A stretch of 64,000 nt of DNA, taken from Daphnia carinata (taxonomy: Eukaryota). The position numbers and the translations under genes are program-made. This document shows positions 10,570 to 25,175 of this stretch, one piece after another; the stretch's first letter is position 1; every line of letters starts with the position of its first letter. The stretch covers positions 5,270,001 to 5,334,000 of the forward strand of contig NC_081333.1 of NCBI RefSeq assembly GCF_022539665.2, read 5' to 3'. Below the pieces are notes generated by a model. It saw nothing but the letters and a program-made list of their open reading frames with translations. It searched no databases and was not told the DNA's origin.

Positions 10570-12830
10570 TAATTCAAATCATATTGACATTATCTGGATT
10601 TAAACGGTTTGTATTCTCCCATATTAATTCAGAAGCACTAGAAATAATTGTGCAAATGGCACAGATGTAGCAGGAATACATTAAAATTGAATCGCAACTT
10701 TGGAAAGAGGAAGCAGCTCAACTCGATTTCTTTTACTCTTCCAAAAATTCAAGGGTTCAGCAGCCCGGGGCAGCAGAGGCAAGTCGTTGTACTACGCAAC
10801 ACAGGTGGCCTTGTTGGCCTCGTTGCTTGGTCCTTGTCCTTTTCAATTGACGTTTGAAACAGTCATGGCGTAATCATAATCGTTCCAAATGAAGTCCTTC
10901 GTTGTTTTTGAACTGGTTGCTACGGTTATTTCAACCGGAGGCATGCTGTTTTTTGAAGTACAATCCATTTGGGTCTTCGTCGGTCTCTCAGCTTCATTTG
11001 AAACTTCTTTGGGAAAGTAGAGGGTCGGCTTCTTTAATCTAAAGAAGAGTTTCAATGCTCAGACTTCGATACTAGTTACTATAAGACCATTCAGTATTAC
11101 CTTGGATCCAAATAAGTTGCAATAAGACGAGGTGTTGAACATTTCAATGTTATGCTGATCCGAGTATTCAACTCACTGAAATTATCTTCGTTGAGCTGAT
11201 TAAGACATGAGATGTCGATGTCTGCTTTTCTCCGCTTCAAGAAATGTATTACCAATCGAATCGAAGGAGTAACCTTCGAAATCGACGAATAATACTGCAA
11301 TGAAACGTCAGTGGTCACAACTATAGAATTTTCACACAAACACTCGCTGCTAGATGGCATTTCTTGGTATACCATAAGAGTAGTAGAGGAATGACCGATA
11401 GGGGGCAGCAGTTAATATCCTTCTCCCCCCCCTCTTACCTTGTTAAGTTGTTCACACATGGTTACTGTTTAATAAGAACACTTCACTTGTTCCATCGTCT
11501 GTTCGACTGTTAGATCTTTTTCTAGTTCTAGACATCGTTATGGTAACCTCTCGTTAGTTTTCCCTTCCTCATATTCCATCAATTTTGGTTCTTATTTTTA
11601 ATGTATCCAATACCTTGTCTTTGTAGTTGTACTACGTTGAAACACACGCTTTGCCTGTATCAAATACAGATGCCTTATGTCACCGAACAACACCTTGTCT
11701 AAAAATCAACAACATCGTCGACTGGCTGCAACATTTCCATGGCATGACCAGGACTAAGAGTTTCCCACTCATATTCCTGTGAGTCCAGAGCTGAACGATC
11801 AGTGGCAGGTGATGAGAGAGAATCTTGAACATACTGCTTCAGCTCGACTAAACTGGCAACCATTGCCAGCGTCTGAGTGAGTTCTTGGTGTACCAATTAC
11901 AACAAAACAAAAACACCCTACTAAAAACGACCAAGCCCTCCCCCTTCTACAGCCGTAGGTGACAACCATTGCCATCGAAACGTATTTGAAGTGAACCGTG
12001 ACAGTTACGTAATGACCATTATTCCGGCACGTTCAGGCATCCGTTGTGATCGAAACCCAAACTAGTAGGGATAACTTATGGATGAGCTTGTCGACGGCCT
12101 CCTTGCACATTTTCTTAAGGTAGTTGCGGGTGATAGTGCTGCATGATGTTAGTCTTACTCGCGGATTGATGACCAAAACGAAAGCCTTGAAATGGACATC
12201 ATCAACGACAGAGAGGCAGCGCATTCCCCCCACAATAAAGAGCAATAGCTGGCGTACAATGTAAGCCAGTGTATCAATCCCTTTGGGATAAGGAATGTCT
12301 CTACCCTCACTAGAAGTGCAATAAATGAAATGGAAATAAAATGAGCTAATAAAATGTATTGGTTACGAGTCGAAGTTGATGTCGAAGGAGCTGAGGTAGA
12401 AGAAGCGATTTGACTTTCTTCACTACCTTGGTGTGAGATATACTCAGTCGGCACAACAGCTTCATCGGCAATGCCATCTGTAGCGGCAGATTCAACTACA
12501 AAATAATATTTAAAAAATTATTCTTAGTAATTAAACAGGAAAATGTTATCGCAAGTATATTCGTCGGTGTGTGATCATCAAACAATCTTCCTGGTCTCGC
12601 CTTCGCTACCGTTTTGGGCAAGGCCGTATTCATTTTCGAACCCGGAAAAATGTAAAGATCGCTATGGTGTGTTTCGAGGTGCCTCATAATGTTGGATATG
12701 TTCCCACTTAGTGTCGTTTAGCAGGACGATGAAAACATTAGCAGACTTTGCAACCTAAAGGTCCTATTTTTAAAAATAAATCCACACTGGACTACGAGTT
12801 CGTCTTGTATTTTCAGACATCTGATATGAC
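10570..12830 (-). mobile_element. Degraded hAT (ZBED1-like) transposase
   Basis: BED-finger remnant SPVWIYF...SNIMRHLETHH; LSVVDDVHFKAFV..INP; VSITTDA*T...YVTVTVHF (catalytic D region); ATYLDPR. Confidence 0.8.
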
Positions 12831-15459
12831 CAGCTAAAGCAAATCATTAATTTATAACGTACAAAAATTATATATAACGCACAACAAGGTTAGTTATTAA
12901 AAGAAGCAGATGTGTAAACTTACCATGATAAACGTACCGAAATTACCATGATAAACGTGCTAGGAAGAGGTGATTCACAATTTGAAACTCCAAAGGTACT
13001 AATGGTTTGCTGTGTGCTTCAACTACGACGCCATCTATAAGCCATACGTCTGGCTTATGATCTAATCAAGCAGATTATCAACAAACCTATGTATTTCAAG
13101 CGGATTTTCAAATGATATGAGTTTTGGTACCCAAGAAAAATATGTAAAGGCTCCCTAAATGAAGCAGGTTCAGAACAATTTAAAGGGTTATTTGACAAAC
13201 TGAATCATTACTCGTACACAAAGTTTTCTATTTGACTGATTGATGATTGGCGTACAGTATGTTGCATAACAAACATAGCATTGATTATATAATACAGTCT
13301 TCGTGATTCAATGTATCTTTTTTTCAAATTCAACAACCAACAAATATCTTTATTTTGGAAGAAAGATTAAAATGAATTTTTTTACATGGTGTCAGTAATT
13401 TCACTTCACAATAAGGTATTAATTGCATAGTGTAACATAAAGAGTTTTAAAAATTCAAATTTTAAATGAGAGAAGATTACTGATAGCAATTGCTTTGCAA
13501 CATACAATTTAGCTTTTCGTAAAACAGACGCTGACCAGTTTCGATTTGTATCCTGCAATTTGTATCGATATTCGGTAAAAGTATTGTTATACTTAGCATA
13601 GCATATTTGTATAATGAGGGAATAGCGCTGTGATAAATACTGCGTTCGTGGTTCGGAGTATTATTACTATTCATATATTTTGTTCGTCAACCATCTGTTT
13701 CAAAAATATTTTCTAAACATGTCTGATAAAATTAATCTTGGAATTCTTGTTTACTGTTAACTGAGGCGTGTACTGTACTAATAACATAAAATATTTTGTA
13801 AATTCAATTTAAAATAAAACTGATATTAATAGCTAAATAATATTCTGTTAAGCATAGTGAAATGAAGCATATGACGGAAATTAGATTTTAGTCCGAAATT
13901 TGTATCGATACTCGGCAACAAACGTTAGCCATGATACCAATAAATGTTGAGAGTTAGCGTTATGGATCATTACAGCCTTCATGATTCGAAGTAATCGAGT
14001 TATAATCCGTCTTAGAGAATTTTATTTTATTTTTAAATGCTTACGATAAATATATTTTAAGCAATGGTAAACTATTGTTTTCTAAGACATTTGATATACA
14101 TTTAACCAAAAATGTTTCAAAAAAACTACTGTATTGCTTAAGGCTATCCTGATTTTTTAAACTAGAAATTATCCCAGAAATACATGTCGCCTGTTTATAT
14201 GTCAATAGTAAAATTATCACGTTAAGAGATTTTATGTATCAATTGAAATCCACGTAACTAAGGTTTTAACATCGATAAAGTCATAAAATCTAATTTTGCT
14301 TTCATCCCCAGAGTTCTCCATCCACGTATTGAATGCTTAAGTTAAGGCGCTTAAAAAACACATATACATCTTAATAACTAAAAATGGATGAAAGAGTATT
14401 GAAAAAATGAAATGGACGAGAAGGGGTTGAAATTATTGACTTGGATTGTCAAAAAATACTCCTGCCCAAAAGACCAATTCAGATACATTTTTCTGATAAC
14501 TTAAGTAACAAATCTTATGATTGGGAATGAAAAAAGCCAAGATGACAGACTGTACAATAAATCTAAATATAGATTTGACAGTATTGCAAGCTACAGGCAC
14601 GTTAGTTAGAGGCACTAGCTACGAAATTCAGTAAAGGGAAGAAAAAGCACTATACGTGTTAGATTCTTCTGCCCAAGTCGAAAGAAGTGGGTAAATAACA
14701 ATAGAAAAACTTATGTCCCTGTCGGCAAAGAGAAAAATTATTTTTTGCGATGAAAGTGCTTGTTTGTAACCAACTAAAAAATTCCTACTGACAAACTACA
14801 GTGATTTAATTGAAATCATTAATGGTGTGGGAATATTTAATGTGTTCCATCAAACAGTTTAAAAATAATGTATAAAAAATAATTTCTTACATATTTAAAA
14901 TTTTTTTAAAGTGGTATGAGTATTCCATAAGCCACCATGTTGCCGACCACGGTGTTCGATTAATTGATGACTTGCATCCTACTGCTAACAGAAAGTGGTG
15001 ATAAAAATTTAAAAAAAAATTGCAAATACTTTGTTTTTCAAATGAAACTTGGCCAAATTTTTATTTAAATGTGCCGATTATTTCTCCTCTTTTCATCCGT
15101 CCGCGGAAGACACCCGCCGCCGTAAGAGCCCGTGTTATAAAGCTCTGAAAAGGCTGGGTCCTCGGCACTAAGGAAGGGTACTGTATCTCATATGGAAACT
15201 GCTACAGTATTCATTTATTTTAACCTAAATTAACTTGCTTTTAGTTAGTTATATACAAAATAAAAAAAAATTTTGGTGAATAGTTGAAGACCACAGGTCA
15301 TTGAAAACCATTTAGAAACAATATTTCTTAAACGTTTTTGTTAATTTTTGTTTATTCGTTGCTGAAACCCAAAGTGTTCCTAAATTTTCAGAATGCGTGT
15401 TTATTTTCCTCGTTAAATTTAATGTTCAACGATTTGCAGCGCAAATAATCATTTAGTAC

Positions 15460-17990
15460 TTATTTTTGCTTTCCGTTTTCTTGGTCTTTATTATTTTCCA
15501 GTTTAACACCGCATTTGCACACGTATAAAAATACCGACTCGGAAACAACTATCTCATTGCGACTCCGCTGGACCCTACAAAATGTAGATGGAAAGGCTGG
15601 TAGTTTTCTAGACTTCCTACAGGCATCAAGGTGAGTACGCAGTAGATTGGGGTCGTACACAAGTGCTGCTGGATCTTGCCCGTTTGCCAAACTTGTAACG
15701 AAGGCTATGGCAAACACGCCGCATTCAAAACCATTTGTTTGCCGCTGACAAGCTTTAACAATGTACTTCATCTCGTTGTCAGGTGTTTGTAGAAGAGATG
15801 ACAGGCACCTCAAAAATGTGCTTAGACCGTCAATTACTTCTTGCCATACTGTTGTACGCCACGATGTGATCCTGTCCGCTGAATCCTTTCGCAACCAACA
15901 CCCAGTGGTGTGATCCATCGCGCACGATTTGCATCCATCCCCGTCCGGTGGCCTGGGGGAATTCCAGTGGACCACTTATGGTGCAACAGAATAATCCACC
16001 GATATCTGGGTGTTCTTCTTTTATGCTTTCCATGGCTCTGTTGATGTAGCCAGAAGAGAGCTTATTGGTTTTGGTCAGTGTTTCCACCTTATCGAGGAAA
16101 AGCATGGACTGTTTACTCCTGTTTTGGTCCATGTTTTGGTAACAAAGATAAATCATTTCTTAACGAATGTAATTATGCAATAGAAGTACCTCATTAGGTA
16201 ACACCGCTAGTTCGGGTGATGTTGGAGTGATAGAAGAAGTGCCATGGAGCAAGTATTACTCAACCTCCACGTCCACATTGATCATCATCTCTTCTGACGC
16301 CAACAATTCAGCTTCCTCGGCAAGTAGCATATCTTTTATGCTCATGTTTTCCGGTTCAATCCTAGGACATTTCCGATGTTTTGTGATAAGAAGACAAATA
16401 TCCAGCATTCTTCCTTGGACGGCCTCTCGGTTTTGGAGCTGTTGGAAGATGGAGGGAAGACCACGGATGAGGTAAATCCTAAATTTTATAATTAGTCAAT
16501 GCACGTTTTTCAAGAAGTAAAGTTTGTTTTTAATTTACACTTTTCTCTGCCGAATCTGGTATAACGCTTTTTCGGCAGCAGACGCAACCTTAACTGCCGA
16601 AGAAGTTTATTGCTCGTCTACATGGGAAGAAGCATCTGGTACAACAATGCGGCTCGCGATGGTATTTCGAGGAGAGGCAACGTGATTCTGAATTATCTGC
16701 ACTGGCTTATTTCTTTGATCAGGAGTGAATCTACCGGAAAAGATGCATTTTCTGATCGAAGTCTGATGTAGCCAGGAGACTCATTGTACCAACCAGTTTC
16801 TTGAAGAAGATCATGGCCTCATTAAACTGATCTTTATCATTGGTAGCGATGTGTTTCTGCTTCGTTGGATGTAAGCCAGTTGGGGACGTAGCAACTGCAT
16901 CAACGATTACATCATTCTAGAAAACGTACGTATTTTATCAATCAAATTGAATCGCTTAATACCAAAAAAATATTGTATACCCCTAAACATTGATTGCTTC
17001 AGTGGTTCAAAAAAGATCCGGCAGAAATTTCAATGTTATCTTTTGTGTGGAAATTTGGGATGTGGTGACAAGGTAGCCCAAAAGTCATGAAAAAGTTGCA
17101 GGTACAGCCGGTCAGATCGCATTTCAACTGGTAAATTGTGTTGCGAGACGCAATGCTGTAGGTAGACAATTCCTATAACATAAAACAGGTATACGTATTA
17201 ATTTTTTACTTATCATAACTCGGTGCACTTGGCTTACTTCGTTGAGAATGAAGTCGTACGTTGATCTCATTGTCTTCATTATTTCTTCCACTTTAGTCCA
17301 GGTAAAGGGTGAAATGGACTTGGCATAGTTATGAAGCAGTGGGTGCTTAGACCTTGTGGAAAATCTGAGCTCCCGGATATTCTGCTTAATTTGCCTATCA
17401 TTCAGGGGCAGCAAAACTATGTTAACCAAGGTCGTTATTACTTCGGGAAGTCGCTTGGTTTTCTGTAAAACATCTTTGATGGTGTGGTGAAAGCGGGTAA
17501 AATGTTGCCATTAATTGTACTTTTAGCTAAACTGTAATAATTATTACCGTTCCAGGTGGTTCGCTGTGTTATTTCCGAACGTTTCGACTTCACTACGCCC
17601 AAGAGATGACCACTAATCCGAAATGTTGAACCAGTTGTCCCGGAAATAAGCTGCGACACATCCATCAAAAAAGTAAATATGTTATAAATTGAGTTTCTTC
17701 ACACGTAACCTTATTGCCTGGTTACCTAGATTCATCAAACGCTCGCGAGATGAATCAAATTCCTCCTGTGTAGAGGCGAAGAGAGCAGCATGAAAGTTCT
17801 GTTGGATTTCCCGCTTCTCTTCGCCCAGGCTTTTCAACTTGTTCAACTTAGCGTCGACGGCCTGAATATGGCATAGAATATGGGTTGCGCAAGGAAAATA
17901 TTTCGCCAGAGCAGCAATTTCCGCACAGATTTTGTCGGTCCGCGTTACAGTTGTAATAGAGACGTCGTTGTTCAGTATAGTTAAACAATA
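15460..17990 (-). mobile_element. Degraded Mutator/MULE transposase with SWIM finger and Ulp1-like (C48) protease
   Basis: TDK.CAEIAALAKYFPCATHILCH; GNNTANHLE; SWIM CTCNFFMTFGLPCHH at ~17060-17110; protease HHWVLV...QRQTNGFECGVFAIAF. Confidence 0.8.
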
Positions 17991-18029
17991 TTAATAGTTT
18001 TGTAATTTGCCTGTTCAATATGGCATTTT

Positions 18030-18245
18030 AGCCGTATGCGTAATAGCTACATTACCATTGGTTATGCTTCTATTGTATGCATTCAATTCACGAAAATAAT
18101 TAATTCTTGCAGAAAACTAGAAAATCCACAGGATATTGAACAAGGAATGCCTATGATTCCATTAAGAACATGTAACAATGTCCATAAAGACACACGCAAC
18201 ATTCAAGGTAGAGGCCTATGCTGGAATGATTTGAGTGACGCTCAG
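18030..18245 (+). pseudogene. Env-like C-terminal tail of a second LTR retroelement, interrupted by the BEL insertion
   Basis: Hydrophobic ITIGYASIVCIQF followed by CNNVHKDTRNIQGRGLCWNDL, with the same motif spacing as CTGKHTTCTYVVGYGMVWEDL in ORF 1602-2081. Confidence 0.55.
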
Positions 18246-18556
18246 TGTCACCGATTTGATCGGTAAGGGCAAAACTCTCTAGAGGGCTCCCTTATCGGTG
18301 AACTAGCTTTTGTTTTTATGTGTTTTCTCGGGAGTATGGGTGGGTCGATCCAGTTCCGTTTTTTTGTTATACTCGACACAGATAGTGCTCGAATCCCCTC
18401 CAAACTTGTCCAATAAATTAAAACAAAGTGTGCATTTTTGTTGAATACATTTACTTAAACCTTCGTTAGCATATTACTTTGACAAGACAGGAGAACCAGG
18501 GGCATTCAAGACTGTCGGTCTGTAAAGCCAATGCCGATGTTTCGAGATCCGAAACA
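18246..18556 (+). repeat. BEL 5' LTR (311 bp)
   Basis: TGTCACC...GAAACA; matches 25805-25906 plus 26705-26912. Confidence 0.95.
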
Positions 18557-18558
18557 AA

Positions 18559-18576
18559 TGGTGCCGAAACCCGAGA
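18559..18576 (+). promoter_or_regulatory. PBS complementary to tRNA-Phe
   Basis: TGGTGCCGAAACCCGAGA, 2 nt after the LTR. Confidence 0.9.
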
Positions 18577-18754
18577 CTCTGGAAATCGAATAGTGTAAAT
18601 CTCCATTTCCAGCTGTCCAACTTTTACTGTATCGACCTCGTGTTGTTCACGCTTCGTGTTCACATTGGTCGACTAACCGTTCGAATGGTATCCGTTGATA
18701 TCGTCTACATCCTGTGTGAGTTAAGCATTTGTGCTACTCTACTTCAATTGAAAG

Positions 18755-21700
18755 ATGAGTGAGACTCAAAGAATTGTCACAGATCTCACCAAGAAAGATT
18801 TTACACTGGCCTCAAAAATCGTGGAGTCGGGGACGGATCCCCATGGAGGAAGTACAAGAGTCACCTCAAAACCCGCTACGGAAGAATCTGTAATGGCCTT
18901 AAAAATCGTTGAGTTGGGGGCCGATCGCCACGGCGGATACAGGAGTCACGACTCATTAATTCTTAGTCTTACTCAAGCACGAGGTATACGGAAAAGAGAG
19001 CATACCACGCTGTCGACCAGGATCTATGATTGTATCCGTCAACATCATCAAGGCATTTGTCTCAGCAAAGGTCAAATGAGCATTTGGCGCACCGAACTCG
19101 TGCGCCTGTTCCAACGAACCATGAAGCTTCACGAGAAATACGTGGAGACAGTTACCAATCTACCAGGTAGACGCCGAACAGAGTGCGAACGCTGGTAAGT
19201 AGAGTTCGCGACAGATCACCAGAGTGTACGGTCAGAGATCGACGAACATCTAGCATCGCGGTCAATTTTGTCGTCACGTGCATCATCAGTTACTATCAAC
19301 TCGACGGTGACAAAGGCAAGATTTTTCTACACTGACAAAGGAGAATTTTCTAAAAGAAAATTCGACTGTAACTGCAAAGATCCAACAGCTCGAAACCCAA
19401 GCTGACAACACCCAAAACGCTTAAATCAGCCAGACGACAGAGTGAATCGTTAAACGCGATCGAACAACTTCTACAATCGATCCATGAGGTTGACGAAAAA
19501 TCTTTAGCAGCTGTCGAAAAGAAGATGGACATTCGACTCAAGTCTGCTATGGGCCAGATGGTGGAAGCGAATGAGTGTAATTCAAAGAAAGTCGAAGAAA
19601 GACTAGAAGCCATTCAGAAAACCAGTGAATCGCAGTCGAAAGAACTCGAAAAGTTAAAATACCTTGTACAACAGACTTGCACAAAGATGTCTAGACAATG
19701 CCACGAGGGTGAAAATATATCATCCCAAGGTCGGCAAGACACATCGATGCAAGGGAAGTTGTCTCAGCGCCGCGAAGCTTTAGGATGGCCGCAAGGCAGT
19801 ACCCCATCCTCACCACTACAGACAGTCAGCCTCTTGGAACAATGAAGACGAGCGGGGACAACGGGCGAACAAATAAAAAACATGGAGGCAACTACCAATA
19901 TGTCTAACGATCCATTGTTTAGCTGCCAGTAATAGTCAAATAGCGATCCGAAATCAGATTCTAGTCTCATCTGCCAATTTGTCGATTCTTTGAGAATGCG
20001 CACTTCCATCTCTCACCATCGCCAAGTTCGACAGTAACCCGTTAAACTACCAAATGTTCAAGTCGAAGTTTATGACGCTGTATCACAACCGGTGCAGCGA
20101 CAATGGAATTCGTTTGGCGCATCTGCAGGAGCTGCTTGCCACGCAGGTTCTCAACTCGATAACTGATTGTGTGCATGACCCCAGCAAATACGATGTAGTC
20201 TGGCAACGAATTGACCAAGAATATGGGCACACCACTATCATGACTCAGACACATCTAAACAATCTCCTTTGACCTCCGTCCGTGCAGCCAAATGACAGCG
20301 CCAGTTTGAAAACATTCTCCAACAAGCTTCATGGAGCCGTCTCCGCTCTGTCAACCACTGGACTTGCGAGCGAATTAGGGTCGCTAGGTTACCTAATGCA
20401 AGTCGTCACCAAACTGCCGAAAACCTTTAGGGAAAGATGGGGAGGAAAGGTGATGAAGATGCATCCTGTTGTGCCTCCAATAATCGATCAGGTTAACCCT
20501 ACAGTCGAAAGGTTCAGATTTTGCAAAACTAATGGCAGGCCGTTCAGCACTTCCAACGACTCCACCAGTCATACCCAAGAAAAATGGGAAGGCATATCCA
20601 ACTCGCTATGTTTCTACCATCAACCACGTCACCGCCTCGACGTCTGAAACAATTTTGCCGCAAACAAAGGGAAGAAGAATGCGGGTGAACCCACCCAATA
20701 AAGCCTTGTTTAGCCAAACCAAATTCAGTCAAACGTGCTTTGTCTGCAAAGAGCCAATCCATCAAATTGAAAAGTTTAACACCTTACGGCAGATGTCTCC
20801 AACACTAAGAGCGGAGACAAGTCTTCAAAGCAGGCCGGTGTCTGCGATGTCTTACAGGCAAACACACCAGTCGATTCTGCAGACTGAAATTGATTCGATG
20901 TACGGTCGAAGGATGCAAAAGCCCAGGGCACTCGACATTCCTTCATGGTTCCGAGTTTTCCATAAAAAACAATGAAAATACCTCTAGCGACTACAAAGCC
21001 GCACCAGGATCGGAAACACAACGTCGAGAGGCTTTCGACAACAAAGTCGACGAAGCCTTCCTTGGTGCTGTATCACGCACCGGGTCGAACACACCACGTC
21101 GAGTGTTTTTCAAAATTGTTCCTGTTCGTCTACAACAGGGAAAGAAATTCTTTGACACCTTTGGATTTCTAGACAGCGGAAGCGACTCCACTTTAATCCG
21201 AATTGATGTGGCTAGAACCAAATTAGGTTTATCCGGGCCAACTGCGAAGATCAACGTGACTTGCTACGATGGGGGAGTTACTCCAGTTAATGCTCACATA
21301 GTAGACTTCGTCATCAGTTTGCGAGACGGGTCAACAACGTTCAAGGCACAACGAGCTCATGCAGTAGATAACCTACAGGTGGCTCAAAATCCAACCCTTT
21401 CGGATTTACAAGCAAAGGCATTTCCCCATCTGCAAGGCCTGAAGCTCCAAGAAGTCCATTTCGACCAAGTAACTATACTAATTGTTCTCGACGTAGCAAA
21501 CGCTCACGGCCACAGTGAATCGCGGAAACCAATGGATGGGTCGACCGGACCGGTGGCTTTCAACACGCCGTCGGCAGAAGATCGGCGGGGAGAGGAGATC
21601 CTGAGAAGAACCACCAGATACATAAAGAATCACCATCAAGCCGGTCTGATGTGGAAAACTGACAATCCAGAGTTACCGGACAACCGCAGCATGGCGCTCA

Positions 21701-24700
21701 GCCGCATAATCCAAATCGAACGGCGCTTCAAGAGAGACCCCAACTATGCCAAGCGGTACGATGACGTAATCCAAGAGTACATGAAACTTGGCCGTACGCG
21801 TCTCTTGTCCACCGAAGAAGCTAAATGACGAACACCAAAGACGAACTATATGCCTCATCACGGCGTTCAAAGCTCGACAAGTTAGACAACAAAAACAAGA
21901 GTGGTTTTCGACTGTTCAGCAGAGTGTGAGGGTACCTTCTTAAACAAAAATCTTCTTCGTGGACCAAACTACCTTGGAATAATCTTGCGCTTCCGCAAGC
22001 ATCAAATTCCCATCAGTAGTGACATCGAGAAAATGTATCATCAAGTTTTAGTTCCAGAGGAGGATCAAGATGCCTTTCGATTTTTGTACCGGTCGCCTAA
22101 TAGCACGTCGCTACCGCTTACCTACAGAATGACAGTTCACGTCTTTGGAGCTGTCTCATCGCCGTCGACCTGCTTGTTCTCTTGAAATAAAACGGCAGAA
22201 GACAACAAAACGAAATTTCCAGAAGCAGCAGCCAGCGTAACAACACGTTTCTACGTCGACAACTATTTGGATTCGTTCAAATCAGCAGAAGAGGCAATCG
22301 AACGGGCCCGCCAGCTAAATGAATTGCTGCAACTGGCTCACCAAGTGGTCGTCGTCGTCAAGAAAGGTGCTCACAACACTTAAACCATTAGGATTGACCA
22401 ATCCAAAGCTGGGCTTAGACTTGGACAAATTGCTTATGGATGGCGCTCTAGGGATTCTTTGGGACAGTGAAATCAATGCTTTCACTTTCAAGGTGGGAAA
22501 GAAAATTAAGTTGTACGCCTCACCTACTAAAAGAAACCTCGTAAGTGTGGTGGCCACTGTATACGATCCACTTGGGTTCGTCGCTCCGGTGGTATTTGCC
22601 ATGAAAATATTGACTCAAGATGTATGGCGCGCAAAGTTAGATTGGGCCGAAGAGCTACTCGAACCCTTGAAATTTCGATTTCTAAAATGGTGTCAAAGTT
22701 TGCCAAACTGAGAACACATCACAGTTCCTCGATGCTTAGTAAACGAAGAGCATCCAACAACTCAACAGATACACATCTTCGCCGACGTGAGTTAACTAGG
22801 ATTTGGAGCAGTCACGTATGTGCGAACAGCATACGCTAGTGAAGGAGTCGACATATCGTACATCATGGCCAAAACACATGTCACGCCGCTAAAACAACTC
22901 TTGATTCCTCGGCTCGAACTTCAAGGAGCTGTCGAAGCTTTACACCTGGCCATAATAATTTGCCGTGAGAAGAACCTGGATCTTAGTCAAACCACGTTTC
23001 ACGTCGACTCCCAGACAGTTCTGAGATGGATCCATCCGGCCAACGTCAAATACGAATTGTTTGTGGGCAATAGAATTGGAAAGATTTTAATGAACACCGA
23101 TTGTCGACAATGGCGCCACGTACTAGGAATCAAAAATCCATCAGACGTTTGCAGCAGAGGATTGGATCCCGACAACCTCAAAGAACTCAGTTCCATCAAG
23201 GACCAGCCTTTCTATTATTGGAACCTCCATTATGGCCAACGTGGGATCAGATCGAAAAAAACGATTATCCAGATCCCGAAGCCCTCGCAACCCATACAAC
23301 GGAAACCGAGCCCAGTGACAACGTGATCGACAAGTGTGTAGAATATTATTCAAACAAAGTACGCCTTGAACGAGTGCTTGTGTGGTGTTCGCGGTTCATT
23401 GCAAACTGTCGTCTTAAAGCAAAGAAGCTGAAGATGATTTCAGGAGAACTGACGCCAGTGGAAACCGAAACAGCTCTAGAAATGTGCATTCAAAGTGCAC
23501 AAGAAGTGGAATACCCAGAAGATGTGTTGTTCTTGAAAAAGGGAAAGGAATTGTCAAACCGGTCGAAACTCAAACAGTTTCGACCATTTGTTGATGAACA
23601 ACAACTCATGCGAGTGGGCGGTCGAATCGGTCAAGCACCTGTTGACTATGTGACAAAACATCCAGTGATTCTGCCTCCAGAAGAACGTATTACGAACCTA
23701 ATAGTCTGGGATACTCACGTTTGAAATTACCACATCAAGGCCGAACGCTTATTGTGCAAGCTTCGAACGAAGTAATGGATAACCGCTGGACTAAGGGTAA
23801 TTAAATCTCTACTCAACAAGTGTATTCCTTGCAAGCGAAGAAACGCACAACCAATTATGCCACTCATGGCTCAGCTACCAGTTCATCGCTCAACGCATTT
23901 CTTGCCTCCGTTCGCTCATACAGGAGTCGATTACTTTGGCCCATTGACTGTCAAAGTAGGAGGGAGAGGGCGATGACACGAAAAAAGGTGGATCTGCCTT
24001 TTTACGTGCCTTACAACTCGAGCAGTGCATCTAGAGGGAACGGCCAGCCTCAGTGCAGAGGCATTTCTCATGGCTTTTTCTCGATTTTCCAGCATAAAGG
24101 GAAAGCCAGTCGTTGTGTATAGCGACAATGGCACAAATTTTGTAGCTGGAGAAAGGGAGTTGAACGAGACAGTCGCAGAACTACAAAGGAGCAAAGATTA
24201 CCTTGAAGCACAATTCATTTGTCGACACATCGAGTGGCGTTTTTCTCCACCAAGTGGACCTCACTTCGGAAGCGTTTGGGAGAGGCTCGTGCAATCTTTC
24301 AAAAGAACTATGAAAGTGGTCCTCGGAAAGATTGTCGTAAGTGATCAAGTCTTAAACACTGTCGCGGTAGAGATCGGGGAATTGCTTAACGCTCGACCTC
24401 TAACTCATCTCAGCGTAAGCTCCGAAGATCCCGACCCTCTCACTACAAACCATTTTCTACATGCCAGACCCATGCCATATATACCGCTGGCATTCGTTGG
24501 ATTTCGACAATACGAAGATCTCAAAAAACCCGTTCGCACAAAGCCAGCTCGTTGTCGACCACTTAGAAAGATGGATTACCGAGTGTTTACCATATCTCAC
24601 CGAAAGGAAAAAATGGGCCAAGCATCATAAAAACATCGAAGTGAACGATCTTGTACTCATTCATGTTGTTCACCCATTAACTCCTCGGGGTCAGTGGTCA

Positions 24701-24910
24701 TTGGGAAATGTAGTCGAAATTTTACCAAGCGTATCTGACAATGTCGTGCGCGTAGCTAAAGTGAAAATTTCCGGCGCAAAAAATACCCTAATTCGTCCTG
24801 TAACAAGATTTTGCGTGCTTTCAACGCTAAATGAAATAGCACCTGAAACGAGTAAGACACCCGCACTGCCAAACTTGTCCCAATGCGAGAAAGAAAAAAC
24901 CATCCAATAG
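18755..24910 (+). pseudogene. BEL gag-pol polyprotein, broken into many ORF pieces
   Basis: ORFs at 18755, 20054, 20282, 20532, 20890, 21901, 22319, 22820, 23101, 24025 and 24461 carry consecutive BEL domains. Confidence 0.92.
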
Positions 24911-25175
24911 CCTTATTTAACAATGCACACGTGACGTTGTCTAGGACCGCCCTCTAGTGAACCCTTCGGCAATTTACTCTTTCGAACGTCGTCAAACGTA
25001 TTGCGCAGCACTTACGAGTAGCAGAAAATTGCTAGACTGTCACTTTATCGAAGGTTAAACATTGTGTCAGTGGCATTAAAATCGTGAAAATGGAACAAAT
25101 CAACGATCGTCGAAAGAAACTCTTGATTTAACTGAAAAGTGTAGTACAAAATTTCGACTGCGAAGAACGAAGAAC

